Shown: one piece after another, positions 26,553-39,066 of the stretch
Layout of the letters: each line of letters opens with the position of its first letter
Numbering within the stretch: the first letter of the stretch is position 1
NCBI GenBank assembly: GCA_903907995.1
Contig: CAIVQH010000008.1
Coordinates: 7,220-71,219, forward strand
Source: an uncultured Verrucomicrobiota bacterium
GTDB lineage: Bacteria; Verrucomicrobiota; Verrucomicrobiia; Limisphaerales; UBA9464
DNA length: 64,000 nt
Reading direction: 5' to 3'
Made by a program: the position numbers and the translations under genes
The notes under the pieces: generated by a model
Seen by the model: only the letters and a program-made list of their open reading frames with translations
What the model was told of the DNA's origin: nothing
Database searches by the model: none

Positions 26553-29500
26553 TCAGGGTGCCACGATGGCCCGGTAGAAACGCGGGGTGTTGTCGGTGGA
26601 GTTGGGGTCCGTAACCGTGAAGGTTCCCAGCTCGTTCAGAACGGTGCTGATCGGCGACCAACCCTTGAGGTTGCTGGAATACTGGATGACGTAAGACTGG
26701 TTGACTTGGCCTTGCACTTGAATCTTCGCGTTCCCACCCGTGAAGCCAAGGAACTTGACGACGGCTTTGGAGGTATCATCCGTCGGCGGGCGCAGGTGCA
26801 GCTGGACATTGTCCAGCCAGGCGGTGTCCTGGCCGCTGGAGCGGCCGGCATCCTTCACATAACGCCATTCAAAGTCGTTTGAACCTGCCGGTATGGCAAA
26901 GGTAAACGTGCTCCAATCGACCTCACCGGACCAGCGCTGAACCAGCGACCCGTTAAGATAGAACTCCAGATAGTCCCAGCCATTCTCCGAGCTGACCTTG
27001 TATTGGAACGCGCCCTGGCCGCCCAGAGAATCGCCCTGCAAGCTGAGTGAGCTGACCTGGCTGTCGCCGATCGTGCCGGCCTTGGCGGCAAAGGTGCCGC
27101 TTGCAACCGTGTTGCTTTGCACCGCCCAAGGAACGTCACCACCGGAAACCCACTTCACATGCGTAAGATCGCCGGTTTCGAAATCATCCGTGAAGGGGAT
27201 GGCGACGAAATTGGCCGTGAGAGTCATGTTGCTGCTGACCAGGAAGCTGAGCGGATTGTCAGTGCTGGTCACCGAACCGCTCCATCCGCCAAAACTGAAG
27301 TAGGTGTTGGCCGTCGCGGTAAGATTCACTGGCGCATTGCTGGCAAACAGTCCGCCAGCGGAACTCACCGTGCCACCTACGCCGGCATTGACGGTGAGCG
27401 TGAACAGCGTCGCCGGCGCGAACGAATACGTCAGCGACACTTGGCCAACGGCACCAGCGAACCCATCCACCGCGATGTGGACGGTCTGGCCGCTCTTGAT
27501 TGGCACGCTGGCCACGCTGAAGGAGGAACTCGGGTAGGCATCGTCATTTGATGCGAGCGTGGTCAGGCTGCTCACCTTGGACCCGCTGTACACACCCAAC
27601 AGGGTATCAATCACCGAATTGGTCGTGCTGAGGGTCAGAACCCCGTCGGAGGTCGCGGTGTAGTTCCACCAGATTGAATGCCCGCCCAGGCTGCCACCAT
27701 GCAGCGGTTCGCCGAATTCACGGCTGGCCTGGGTATTGTCACCGGTGACGGTACCTCCGGCCCCTGAAAGCGGCGTCGCATTCACAAACTGGTCATTGAC
27801 CGCCGAAGGCAGACGCAGCGAAATCGTCAGGCTTGCAGGCGAAGACACATTCTCCGCATTGTCCTGCGCCACCGCCGTCACCGTGTTCAGCCCTGGTGAC
27901 AACGAAATCGTTGCGGACCAGGTGTTGCCCGCCAGTGTCGCACTCGAGCCGTTCACCAACACCTGCCGGACACCGGTCGGGTACGGATCAGGATCGCTGA
28001 CAATCCCACTGACAGTGATGACATTTGAGCTCGCGATGAAGCCATTGGCCGGAGCAGTAAAGGAAATCTGCGGGGCAACGACATCGGGGATGCCGTTGGG
28101 CGTCAGGCGCAGCAGGGCCTGTCCTTTTCCGGAAGTCCCCACGCCGATGACGGCAATGCGATAGGTTGTTCCCTTCGTGGCGTTGAAAGTCAGCGAAGTG
28201 CTTGATTTCGGCAGGACCGGCACGGCACTGCTGACGAGGTTCAAATTGAGGAAACTGGTGCCGGTATATACCGCAAGGGCTACGGGCGTCGCCGTGCCAA
28301 AGGTGTCCAGCAGTACCGGCGAGGAGACATTCGGCGTCCAGGCAAACCAGAGCGAGCCGACACCGTCGGGCGCTCCGGAGACTACTGGCTCGCCCGGTTC
28401 AAACGTGCTCAGGGTGGTGTCCGTACTGTCCACGCCGGCGATCAGTTCCCCATCGGTGGCGATCTTCCGCGGTGCGGCAAACCGGTCGTTGGCAGGACGA
28501 GCGACCACGGTGTAATTGACCACGTTGGTTGCGCCGGTTTTCCCCGGTGCGGTCGCGCTGATGACAAACTGATAGCTGCCGACATCCTGCGGGTTGAAGT
28601 TGGCGCTGTAGGTGCCGTCCAAGGCGACGGCATCGGGCATGACACCGTCGTTCGTGAATGACAGCGATACATTGGTCAGCCAGGGTCCGTTGATGATCGC
28701 CGTGACCGTCGCATTCGTCAGCGGGAAGAGATCGGTCACCGTGACGAATATCGGCGTCGTGTTGGTGACCAACACCTTCGAACCGTCCGGGGGAGCCACC
28801 ACCAAGGGATCGATGATGTTATCAATGTCACCATTGACTGCCCGGAAGGCGTTGACCCGGCCGCCGGTGATGGTTTGCCCCTTCAGGGCTGCAGTTGTTA
28901 CTGCGGAATTCAGCAGTCGCAGCCGGAGCTCGGGCATGCTGGCCGTCGGATGCTTGGCGAGCACAAGCGCGGCCACACCCGTCACATGGGGACAGGCCAT
29001 GCTGGTTCCCTCGAAGACATCGTAGGCGGTGTCCGATGTGCTGATTGAGGAAAAGATTTCAACGCCCGGAGCCCCTAGATGGACCGTCCTCAGGCCGTAG
29101 TTTGAAAAACTCGCCAGATGGTCTTTCCGGTCGATGGCGGCGACGACAACCATGTTGTCGAGCGCATAGCTGGCGGGCGCCACGAAGGTGATCCCGTTGT
29201 CATCACCAACCCCGTCGGCCCCGCCATTTCCTGCCGCGGCGACGAAAAGATGCCCCGAATCACGGGCGAAGGCGAGCGCGTCGGCAAGGGCCGGATCCGC
29301 GCCGCTTCCGCCCCAACTGTTGTTCGAAATGGGGACCTTCATGCGCACCGCATATTGGATGCACTCGATCGCATCCGAGGTGAATCCGGAGCCGTCCGAT
29401 CCGAGAAACTTCAGCCCCATCAGCGAAACCTGCCACGACACACCGACATGAGGCTGTCCATTGTTGGCCACCGCCCCGATCGTGCCGGACACATGGGTGC

Positions 29501-30224
29501 CGTGCTCGCCATCGTCAAACGGGTCACCAGAGCCGGTGATGGAGTTGATGCCGTGAACGTCATCCACATAGCCGTTGCCGTCATCGTCAATGCCGTTCCC
29601 CGGAATTTCACCGGGATTGGTCCAGATGTTGTCCGCCAGATCCACATGCGTATAGCGGATGCCCGTATCGATCACGGCCACGACGACCGACTTTGAACCG
29701 GTCGTGAGGTCCCAGGCACGCTCTGCATCGATATCGGCACCGGCGGTCCCGCCCTGCTGCCCGGTGTTCCTCAGTCCCCACAGCGTTCCATCCGTGAAGC
29801 GCAGGTCGTTGGGGGTCAGCTGCGCCGTAAGGACGTAGTCCGGCTCGACGTAGGCAAACTGTCCGGAATCGCGGAGAACCTGCATGCGGGCCTCCAGCAT
29901 TTGCGCACGCGTCTCCGGCGTCACGATGGAGGCCAGACCGAAGGCGTCCTTGGGCTCATCCAGCACCAAGAGTCCGGGCACAAATGACAGGTCTTTACGG
30001 ACCTCCAGACCGGCAGCAGAGGCCAGCGCCTTGGCGGCCGGCCTGGTGCTGAGAGCCTGGACGGCCGAAGCGGACGCATCCTGCAGCCTCACAATGATGC
30101 GCGTGGCATGTGCCTTGCGGCCGCCAATCTCGATGATGTTAGCCCCTTCCTGTGCCTGGAGGAGGCCACACAGAAGAAGACTGCCGGCGGCAAAGGCCCA
30201 AAGTCGCTTGCAAAGCATAATCAA
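26553..30224 (-). CDS. S8 (subtilisin) family serine protease, 1223 aa, multi-domain, with the [FY][FY]R C-terminal module
   Basis: Signal peptide and an I9-like propeptide. Catalytic triad motifs VAVIDTGI, HGTHVSGTIGA and GTSMACPHVTG. A long Ig-like/beta-sandwich region follows. Tail ...SYVIQYSSNLKGWSP...PRFYRAIVAP. Confidence 0.9.
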   Translation of the reverse strand: MIMLCKRLWAFAAGSLLLCGLLQAQEGANIIEIGGRKAHATRIIVRLQDASASAVQALSTRPAAKALASAAGLEVRKDLSFVPGLLVLDEPKDAFGLASIVTPETRAQMLEARMQVLRDSGQFAYVEPDYVLTAQLTPNDLRFTDGTLWGLRNTGQQGGTAGADIDAERAWDLTTGSKSVVVAVIDTGIRYTHVDLADNIWTNPGEIPGNGIDDDGNGYVDDVHGINSITGSGDPFDDGEHGTHVSGTIGAVANNGQPHVGVSWQVSLMGLKFLGSDGSGFTSDAIECIQYAVRMKVPISNNSWGGSGADPALADALAFARDSGHLFVAAAGNGGADGVGDDNGITFVAPASYALDNMVVVAAIDRKDHLASFSNYGLRTVHLGAPGVEIFSSISTSDTAYDVFEGTSMACPHVTGVAALVLAKHPTASMPELRLRLLNSAVTTAALKGQTITGGRVNAFRAVNGDIDNIIDPLVVAPPDGSKVLVTNTTPIFVTVTDLFPLTNATVTAIINGPWLTNVSLSFTNDGVMPDAVALDGTYSANFNPQDVGSYQFVISATAPGKTGATNVVNYTVVARPANDRFAAPRKIATDGELIAGVDSTDTTLSTFEPGEPVVSGAPDGVGSLWFAWTPNVSSPVLLDTFGTATPVALAVYTGTSFLNLNLVSSAVPVLPKSSTSLTFNATKGTTYRIAVIGVGTSGKGQALLRLTPNGIPDVVAPQISFTAPANGFIASSNVITVSGIVSDPDPYPTGVRQVLVNGSSATLAGNTWSATISLSPGLNTVTAVAQDNAENVSSPASLTISLRLPSAVNDQFVNATPLSGAGGTVTGDNTQASREFGEPLHGGSLGGHSIWWNYTATSDGVLTLSTTNSVIDTLLGVYSGSKVSSLTTLASNDDAYPSSSFSVASVPIKSGQTVHIAVDGFAGAVGQVSLTYSFAPATLFTLTVNAGVGGTVSSAGGLFASNAPVNLTATANTYFSFGGWSGSVTSTDNPLSFLVSSNMTLTANFVAIPFTDDFETGDLTHVKWVSGGDVPWAVQSNTVASGTFAAKAGTIGDSQVSSLSLQGDSLGGQGAFQYKVSSENGWDYLEFYLNGSLVQRWSGEVDWSTFTFAIPAGSNDFEWRYVKDAGRSSGQDTAWLDNVQLHLRPPTDDTSKAVVKFLGFTGGNAKIQVQGQVNQSYVIQYSSNLKGWSPISTVLNELGTFTVTDPNSTDNTPRFYRAIVAP

Positions 30225-30246
30225 ATGGCGTCTGAAAAGATGAACC

Positions 30247-33156
30247 TCAGGGTTCGTAGGTCACGCGGTAATAGACCACCGGCTGGTCGGGATTCACTGG
30301 ATCGCTGGCAACCAGCGGGGCGGAGTCGGTGGAAGTGTTGCTCACCGTGGTCACCAGCACCCAAGTTGTGGGATTGAGCGAGCTGGTCTTTTCCACGCGA
30401 TAACTCGTCTGCGGGGCACCGGTCCAACTGATCTGGGTCGTGAGCGGCGGCACATTCACCACCGCAGTGGTGATCGGCACCCCACCGAACGGTTCCGGAT
30501 CAAACGCATTCGCGATGCCGTCGCTGTCCGAATCAATGACAGTGCTGTTGAAGACGTTGCGGTTCACCCGCACCGTTCTTCCATCGGCCAGGGCCACATC
30601 GATGCCGCTGAACGGTCCGGCAAAATTCCGGACCCATTTCAGATGGCCGTTGAGGGCGCCATCCAGCTGTTCGACCGGGATGTTCGAATCCGCAAAGTAG
30701 ATCGTGAAGTCGTCCGCGATCTGTATGAAGGAACTCATGTCCGCCGCAATCGGCGAGCTGAATTCAAGGAAGTCCACATACAGCGCTTTCCCGCCGTTGA
30801 TGCCGGCAATGTTGATCAGGCCGTTGATGTCGGAAATCAGGCTCAGCCGGCCGATCGCGGCATTGTTGGCGAAGCCTTCTTTGGTCGCTCCGAGATCCGC
30901 CGCCGGCCAAAGAATGTCGGCGGAACCATCCGTAGTCACACTGGCCTCAAAGGTGGTTCCCAACATGGTGGCGGTCGTGGGTTTGCTGCCCAGGGTGAAG
31001 CCTTGGACGCTCGCGATGCGGTTCGGGGCCCCCGCACCGGCATCGAGGAACGAATTGGCAATCTGCAACTGGATGCTGCGACCGGCGGTCAGGGTTGCTC
31101 CCTGCATCTTCAGATCAGAGGCCGTCAGATAAAGGTCGCCAAACGCAGTGATCTTGCTTCCGGTGCCGTCGAGCTGCACCGAGGTGGCGACAATGTCAAT
31201 CGGCCCGTTAAAGGTCTGGATTGTCCCTGCGTTGTAGAGGGTGGTCGCACCGATCGACATGGACAGCGACTCATTGGTGCCGGTGTTCACGAACGTATCA
31301 TACGGCGCCCGGTCCCGGCCAAAATTGGCCACTCCCTGAACCGCGAGGATGCCGTTGTTGGTCAGCCGGCGCAGTTCCGGAGCCGAGGCCGCATTCCAGA
31401 CCCCGCTGCCGATGTTGCCCACAAACAGTGTGCCATTGATTGTCAGGGAATCCGAATGAAGCTCGATCGTGCTGTCAATCAGCAGCTTGTCGGCAACCGT
31501 CGTGTTTGTCGCCACCGCCTTGAGTCCGCTCACCGACGTGACACCGTCATCGCTGCTGAGATCGGCGCTCACGAGCAGGACGTGATACATGGTCGTGAAG
31601 TTGGTGGTGACAACGTCCGTGTTGGTGGCTCCGGTGTTGGGATCCACGGTGTTGTTTGTCGTCAGCTGGTCGAACCCGTTCGTCCAGATTGCACTCCAGG
31701 CTTTGATGTCTCCGGAGGCGAAACGGATGATGGGCGCTCCTGCCAGGCCCTGGAGGATCAGATTGCCGTTGGTCGCTCCCAAATCGTAGAAGAGGTTGGG
31801 CACATCAACCACCAGGTTGGCGGAGCCGGTAAGGTTTTTGGTCTTGATGAAGGCCGCCCCGCCTGCACGTATCCGCGTGTTGTTCAGGTTCAGATTGTCG
31901 GCATTGATCTCCACCCGGCCGGCGTAATTCGTGAGGGCCACGTTGGCGCCATTCCCGGGAAGCTGAAGATTTGAGTTAACAAACGCCTCATAGGCAGAGA
32001 AAAACGGGGTTACCGTCGCATTGCTGAAGTTCATCCCGTTCGTGAACTGGGGCGACACGAACTGGGTAAATATGTTGCTCGAAATCAACGAATTTCCGGG
32101 GGCGCCACTCAAGCCGAAGCGCTCAATCCGGAAATTGGCCGGACGGAACGTGCCCAGCGTCAGCGAATTTGTGAGCAGGAAGAGATTGGTGTCGGCCGCA
32201 ACCAGCAGATTCGTGGCGGAGGCGAGTCGGTCAGTGAGAAAAATGGATCTCGATACGCGCTGCCGGGTGATCACGTTTGTATCAAACCCGCTGAACTTCG
32301 TGATGAAGGTATGAAACGGGTTGCCCTGTTCGGAACTGCGCCCGAAACTGACATCCACCGACACATTGGTCCTCGTGTTGGCCACAAAGACCACCTCGAT
32401 GATCTGGTTCGTAGGCCCCTTTGGATCCCCGAAGGAGTTTGTGTTCACGAACACCAGAGGAGCCGTCAGTGACATGCCGTCCGGAAACTGGCCAGGATCG
32501 ACGATATAGTCCGGCGTGGTCACCTGGACGCCGTTCGGCGCGTACTTGAAAAACTGGGTCGGATCCAGCGTGACGATGTTCGTGCCCCAGCTGATGTCGG
32601 TGACTGACTGCATCGGGGTGAAGTTTGTCCGGGTTTGGCTTCCGCCGCTCGCGTTCAGCCCATCGGAGAGTGTCCCCATGTCCAGCTTGCTGTTGGCCAG
32701 GTCAACATTCTGGCCGTTCAGCCGGATCAGGCCTTCAAGTGAGCCCACCAAATTGCCGCGGTTGACCAGGTTGGTGGCGCTGAGGGAAAGGAACGGCTCC
32801 CCGTCAATGAGGGCTCCCTGCAGGTTGTTGATCACGCTGGCAAAGCCCCGCGTGCCGGTCGTGCCATCGGTGTGATCCAGACGAAACCCGCCCAATGAGA
32901 AATAATTACCGGCACCGTCCGAGAACCCAAATGCCCCCATTGTGCCCGTATTGGTGAAATACAGGGTGTTTTGGGTGTCATAGGGCCGGCTTAGCCCATT
33001 GAAATTCATCGTGCCGCGGTTCAGGAACACACGGGCGTCAACCTGTACCGGGTCGCTTATCGAATCATCGTTGACGTACAGGTCCGCCGTCCCCCCAAAA
33101 CAGGCAAGCCCCGCCGCGAGCCAGCCGAATACTGCAAAAATGAGCCGTGTCTTCAT
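30247..33156 (-). CDS. large secreted beta-helix-like (adhesin-like) repeat protein, 969 aa, with the [FY][FY]R C-terminal module
   Basis: Signal peptide MKTRLIFAVFGWLAAGLACFGG. Irregular Asn/Gly/Thr-rich repeats (LNLNNTRIRAGGAAFIKTKNLTGSANLVV...). Tail ...TSYRVEKTSSLNPTTW...VVYYRVTYEP. Confidence 0.7.
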   Translation of the reverse strand: MKTRLIFAVFGWLAAGLACFGGTADLYVNDDSISDPVQVDARVFLNRGTMNFNGLSRPYDTQNTLYFTNTGTMGAFGFSDGAGNYFSLGGFRLDHTDGTTGTRGFASVINNLQGALIDGEPFLSLSATNLVNRGNLVGSLEGLIRLNGQNVDLANSKLDMGTLSDGLNASGGSQTRTNFTPMQSVTDISWGTNIVTLDPTQFFKYAPNGVQVTTPDYIVDPGQFPDGMSLTAPLVFVNTNSFGDPKGPTNQIIEVVFVANTRTNVSVDVSFGRSSEQGNPFHTFITKFSGFDTNVITRQRVSRSIFLTDRLASATNLLVAADTNLFLLTNSLTLGTFRPANFRIERFGLSGAPGNSLISSNIFTQFVSPQFTNGMNFSNATVTPFFSAYEAFVNSNLQLPGNGANVALTNYAGRVEINADNLNLNNTRIRAGGAAFIKTKNLTGSANLVVDVPNLFYDLGATNGNLILQGLAGAPIIRFASGDIKAWSAIWTNGFDQLTTNNTVDPNTGATNTDVVTTNFTTMYHVLLVSADLSSDDGVTSVSGLKAVATNTTVADKLLIDSTIELHSDSLTINGTLFVGNIGSGVWNAASAPELRRLTNNGILAVQGVANFGRDRAPYDTFVNTGTNESLSMSIGATTLYNAGTIQTFNGPIDIVATSVQLDGTGSKITAFGDLYLTASDLKMQGATLTAGRSIQLQIANSFLDAGAGAPNRIASVQGFTLGSKPTTATMLGTTFEASVTTDGSADILWPAADLGATKEGFANNAAIGRLSLISDINGLINIAGINGGKALYVDFLEFSSPIAADMSSFIQIADDFTIYFADSNIPVEQLDGALNGHLKWVRNFAGPFSGIDVALADGRTVRVNRNVFNSTVIDSDSDGIANAFDPEPFGGVPITTAVVNVPPLTTQISWTGAPQTSYRVEKTSSLNPTTWVLVTTVSNTSTDSAPLVASDPVNPDQPVVYYRVTYEP

Positions 33157-33179
33157 GAAATTTTTGGGCGTGGCCAGGA

Positions 33180-34631
33180 TTATCGACCGTTCAACACCAT
33201 CTGCTCGAGCGCCTGGACCGAGAGACCGTCAGGGAACAGCACCGGCGGGTTCGTCGAGCCGTCAAACGATCCCCATGAGAATCCACCGGATGCATCCGAT
33301 TCGCCAACCCCTTGTCCGCTGGGGGCGAAGTTGAGGAGATATCTCCCGGCGTTGCCAAAAACGTATTCCATCGGCAACTGTACTATCCCAGGACCATCCA
33401 CTTCACCATTGCCGGCCGTGGTGTTCAGGGTGGATTCGTTGATCAAATTGCGGGTATACTCATTGAGCCCCGGGTTGGGCGGGCCAACCCCGAGATCCGC
33501 CGCCCGGAAGATCAGATCCGGTCTGGTGATGAGCCGGGACACTTGCTGGCCGCGCACGATGCCATTGGTCACATAGCGGTCGGTCCAGGTAACCTGGTAG
33601 GGCACCCGGGTGGTCGTCAGCAAGGAGTCGTAATCAACCCGCTTAAAGGTGATCTTGCCGATCCCTGGGCGAAGTGCCGTCACCACCCGGGGAGCCACAT
33701 TGTTTGTAACTGTCGTGGTGCCGTTGGTAACCACCGTGATGGTCGTCACCGGCAGCCAGGGCGCCTCGCCGCTCCCACCTCCGCTGACCGCGCCGCCGCC
33801 ACCCGCGCCGGCAATCACGTCGGCCGCCAGCGGTTCGACCGCATAATTTTTGCTCTCATACAGATGGCGCAATCCGCCCGCGTCATCACGGGTCAGGGCG
33901 TTGAAAAACACCCCTGCACCGAGGTTCGCACCGTTTCCGTTGATAAATCCGCCGGCAAAGCCCATATAACCAGCCAAAGTGGTAATCCCATCGGCTGAAG
34001 GGTCCACCGGCACTTGTACCGCCTCCCAGGCATTCGGGTTCGCATAGATCTGCGTGATGACATACGTGTACAGGTCTCCGTTGATGAAAGAACTCGGATT
34101 CCGGGTTATGGGATCCCAGTTGCGCTGAATCACCGAGTAGATTGATGAAGGCTCCGCGACCGGCACGTACCGGGAACGAATGGTCCACACATAGCGTTCC
34201 GGAGCCGTCAGCCCCAGTTGCAGGAGCAGTACCCCAGCCGTTGCAGTTTTAACATCCAGCAGGCCGGCCGCCTCGGAAGTCCGGTTGATGCGCAGGGTCT
34301 TCAGGGGAAATTCGCTCAGATCGGGCGTCATGGCGTCCGCCGCCGGCAAATCATTGAACACTTGGATGGCCGCCTCGACCGCTGCGACGCCGTTGGTGCC
34401 GAAGTACTTCAGGAACGTGGCATCATACCCGTAGGTCAGGATCGGTACCGTCTGGCGATACCCTTCATTGATGTTCATCACCCCGTTTTGAGCGCCATCA
34501 CCCGGCAGATTGTAGCCGATTTCAAAGACTTGCCAGGTGGCATACGGCCCCACCAGGGAAAACGCCCCCACCCGGGCTGTGGAACACCAGAGCACCAAGG
34601 CAAGAAGTGAAGCGGAGAAAAAGCGTGACAT
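33180..34631 (-). CDS. secreted hypothetical protein, 483 aa, no recognised domain
   Basis: Signal peptide MSRFFSASLLALVLWCSTARVGA. It is tightly packed in the operon (8 nt and 23 nt gaps). It lacks the shared C-terminal module. Confidence 0.6.
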   Translation of the reverse strand: MSRFFSASLLALVLWCSTARVGAFSLVGPYATWQVFEIGYNLPGDGAQNGVMNINEGYRQTVPILTYGYDATFLKYFGTNGVAAVEAAIQVFNDLPAADAMTPDLSEFPLKTLRINRTSEAAGLLDVKTATAGVLLLQLGLTAPERYVWTIRSRYVPVAEPSSIYSVIQRNWDPITRNPSSFINGDLYTYVITQIYANPNAWEAVQVPVDPSADGITTLAGYMGFAGGFINGNGANLGAGVFFNALTRDDAGGLRHLYESKNYAVEPLAADVIAGAGGGGAVSGGGSGEAPWLPVTTITVVTNGTTTVTNNVAPRVVTALRPGIGKITFKRVDYDSLLTTTRVPYQVTWTDRYVTNGIVRGQQVSRLITRPDLIFRAADLGVGPPNPGLNEYTRNLINESTLNTTAGNGEVDGPGIVQLPMEYVFGNAGRYLLNFAPSGQGVGESDASGGFSWGSFDGSTNPPVLFPDGLSVQALEQMVLNGR

Positions 34632-34639
34632 AATCAGAT

Positions 34640-36145
34640 TCAGGGAAGGCTGATGATGCGGAAAAATCCGCCGGACTGGCTAATCGGTAGAGTGACGGAA
34701 CTGGTCGTTCCCAAAAGGGTCTGAGCCGCCGTGGAGGTTTCCCATGTCGACATGTTGTCGGAGTGCTGCACCTGGTAAGAGACTCCGCTCGCGGTCGGCC
34801 AGCTCAGCGTTACTGCGGAGAGTTTGCCGGATGCGTCCATCACTTTGGCCACGGAGCATTTGACCGCGACCGCACTGGCCGGGCGGGCAAATGTCCGGCT
34901 CACCAGATCGAAGCCGCTGGCCATCGACTTGAATGACGTCCAAGCGGCGAAAAAGCGAGAAGTCCCATCTGAAGCGACCGCCGGGTCCTTCTGCTGGCTG
35001 ATCACCGTCTGGTTCAGCCCGAACTCATCGTCGGTGGGCTCACCGCTGAAGGAGAGGTAACGCCCGAAGACACCTTCACGATAGCCATCCTGGTTCAGAC
35101 TGGTCCACACGGCCAAAATGACATCACCGGCGAGCGACAGCCTGGGCTCAATCTGGCTGTAAGGAAGATAGTAGTTCACGCGAACGGCAGGCTTGGCGGC
35201 CACAATGCCGTCGTCGAAGGCGTTGGCGTAGATGTCCCAGCTGTTCTGGGGCGCCGCCAGGTCGAATTCGGACCAGGCAGCAACGAAACCGCCCGTGGGC
35301 AGCCCGACCAAGGACGGGGACGAGCAGACATTCGTGCCGGTATTCAGGCGCATCTCGCCAGTCAGCGGGGATCCTGCCGCGCTGAAAGTCCGGGCGTACA
35401 CGTCGACGGAGTTTTGAAAACGCTGGTTTTCCGAAACCCAGCCCACCACAAAACCACCGCTGGCCAAGGCCGCCAGCGTTGACGCCCGCTGATTGTAGGC
35501 GGTGGTAAGGTTCGCCTGAGTCTGCGTGCCGATCTTCTCACCGGTGCTGCTGAACCTTTGCAGCTGCACGCCGAAAAGGCTCCCGTCGCTGCCAAAGCTG
35601 GACCAGGCGATCACCACGCTGTTGTCTGACAGGCAGACGACTGCCGGGCTCGTGTTCTGCACCGAACCGGCCGGGGCGACTTCCACGTCCTCACCGTTGA
35701 ACACCGGAGTCGAGCTGCTTCCTGACTTCAAGAAGCGGGCGAAAATCCCCTGTTTTCCCAAGGGTCCGCCGCGCCAGACGAACACGGCCCCACCATCTGC
35801 CAGCAGGCTGACCTTGGGCGCCTCATGGATTCCGTTGGTGTGGGAATTGATCCAGAAAGGCGGCAAGGCCCCCGTGAGATTGCGACCAATGCGGCGGGCA
35901 CGGATCGCTGCCCCGTCCCCGTTGCCGGAAGCGTCCTGCCACACGATGTAGCCCCCCTCGCTGCTGATGGCGATGGCTGGTGCCGTCTGATCCGCTCCCA
36001 GACTCCCGATGATCGGCGATTCACCGCCCTCGGGCTGGAAACCGGAGGCCGCACCCAGGTGAAAAACCGGCAGCAGGAACAGGCTGCCAATGAGTCGGCA
36101 GCACGCCTTTTGCAGCTTCAGTATGTTCAAACTCCGAAATGGCAT
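34640..36145 (-). CDS. secreted 7-bladed beta-propeller-like repeat protein, 501 aa, with the [FY][FY]R C-terminal module
   Basis: Seven repeats of about 45-50 aa of the form ..P.va.L..GGfVv.W.S...dgs...vf.r.f...G (e.g. ALASGGFVVGWVSENQ, LPTGGFVAAWSEFD, DVILAVWTSLNQDGYREGVFGRY). Tail ...VSYQVQHSDNMSTW...GGFFRIISLP. Confidence 0.7.
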   Translation of the reverse strand: MPFRSLNILKLQKACCRLIGSLFLLPVFHLGAASGFQPEGGESPIIGSLGADQTAPAIAISSEGGYIVWQDASGNGDGAAIRARRIGRNLTGALPPFWINSHTNGIHEAPKVSLLADGGAVFVWRGGPLGKQGIFARFLKSGSSSTPVFNGEDVEVAPAGSVQNTSPAVVCLSDNSVVIAWSSFGSDGSLFGVQLQRFSSTGEKIGTQTQANLTTAYNQRASTLAALASGGFVVGWVSENQRFQNSVDVYARTFSAAGSPLTGEMRLNTGTNVCSSPSLVGLPTGGFVAAWSEFDLAAPQNSWDIYANAFDDGIVAAKPAVRVNYYLPYSQIEPRLSLAGDVILAVWTSLNQDGYREGVFGRYLSFSGEPTDDEFGLNQTVISQQKDPAVASDGTSRFFAAWTSFKSMASGFDLVSRTFARPASAVAVKCSVAKVMDASGKLSAVTLSWPTASGVSYQVQHSDNMSTWETSTAAQTLLGTTSSVTLPISQSGGFFRIISLP

Positions 36146-36264
36146 AACGGTTGTCTACCCACAGTTTTCACGACCCCATTCAACTGGCATACCTAGGCCT
36201 CGAAGCCCGCGAAATCCAATCGAATGTGGAACTTTCTCTATCGCCGGTTCCTTAAAACCGTCAC

Positions 36265-39018
<2,754 letters not shown>

Positions 39019-39066
39019 GGGGTTCTTCTCGGTTGGAACTCGAAATCTAGGCGATGCGTAGGCGAT

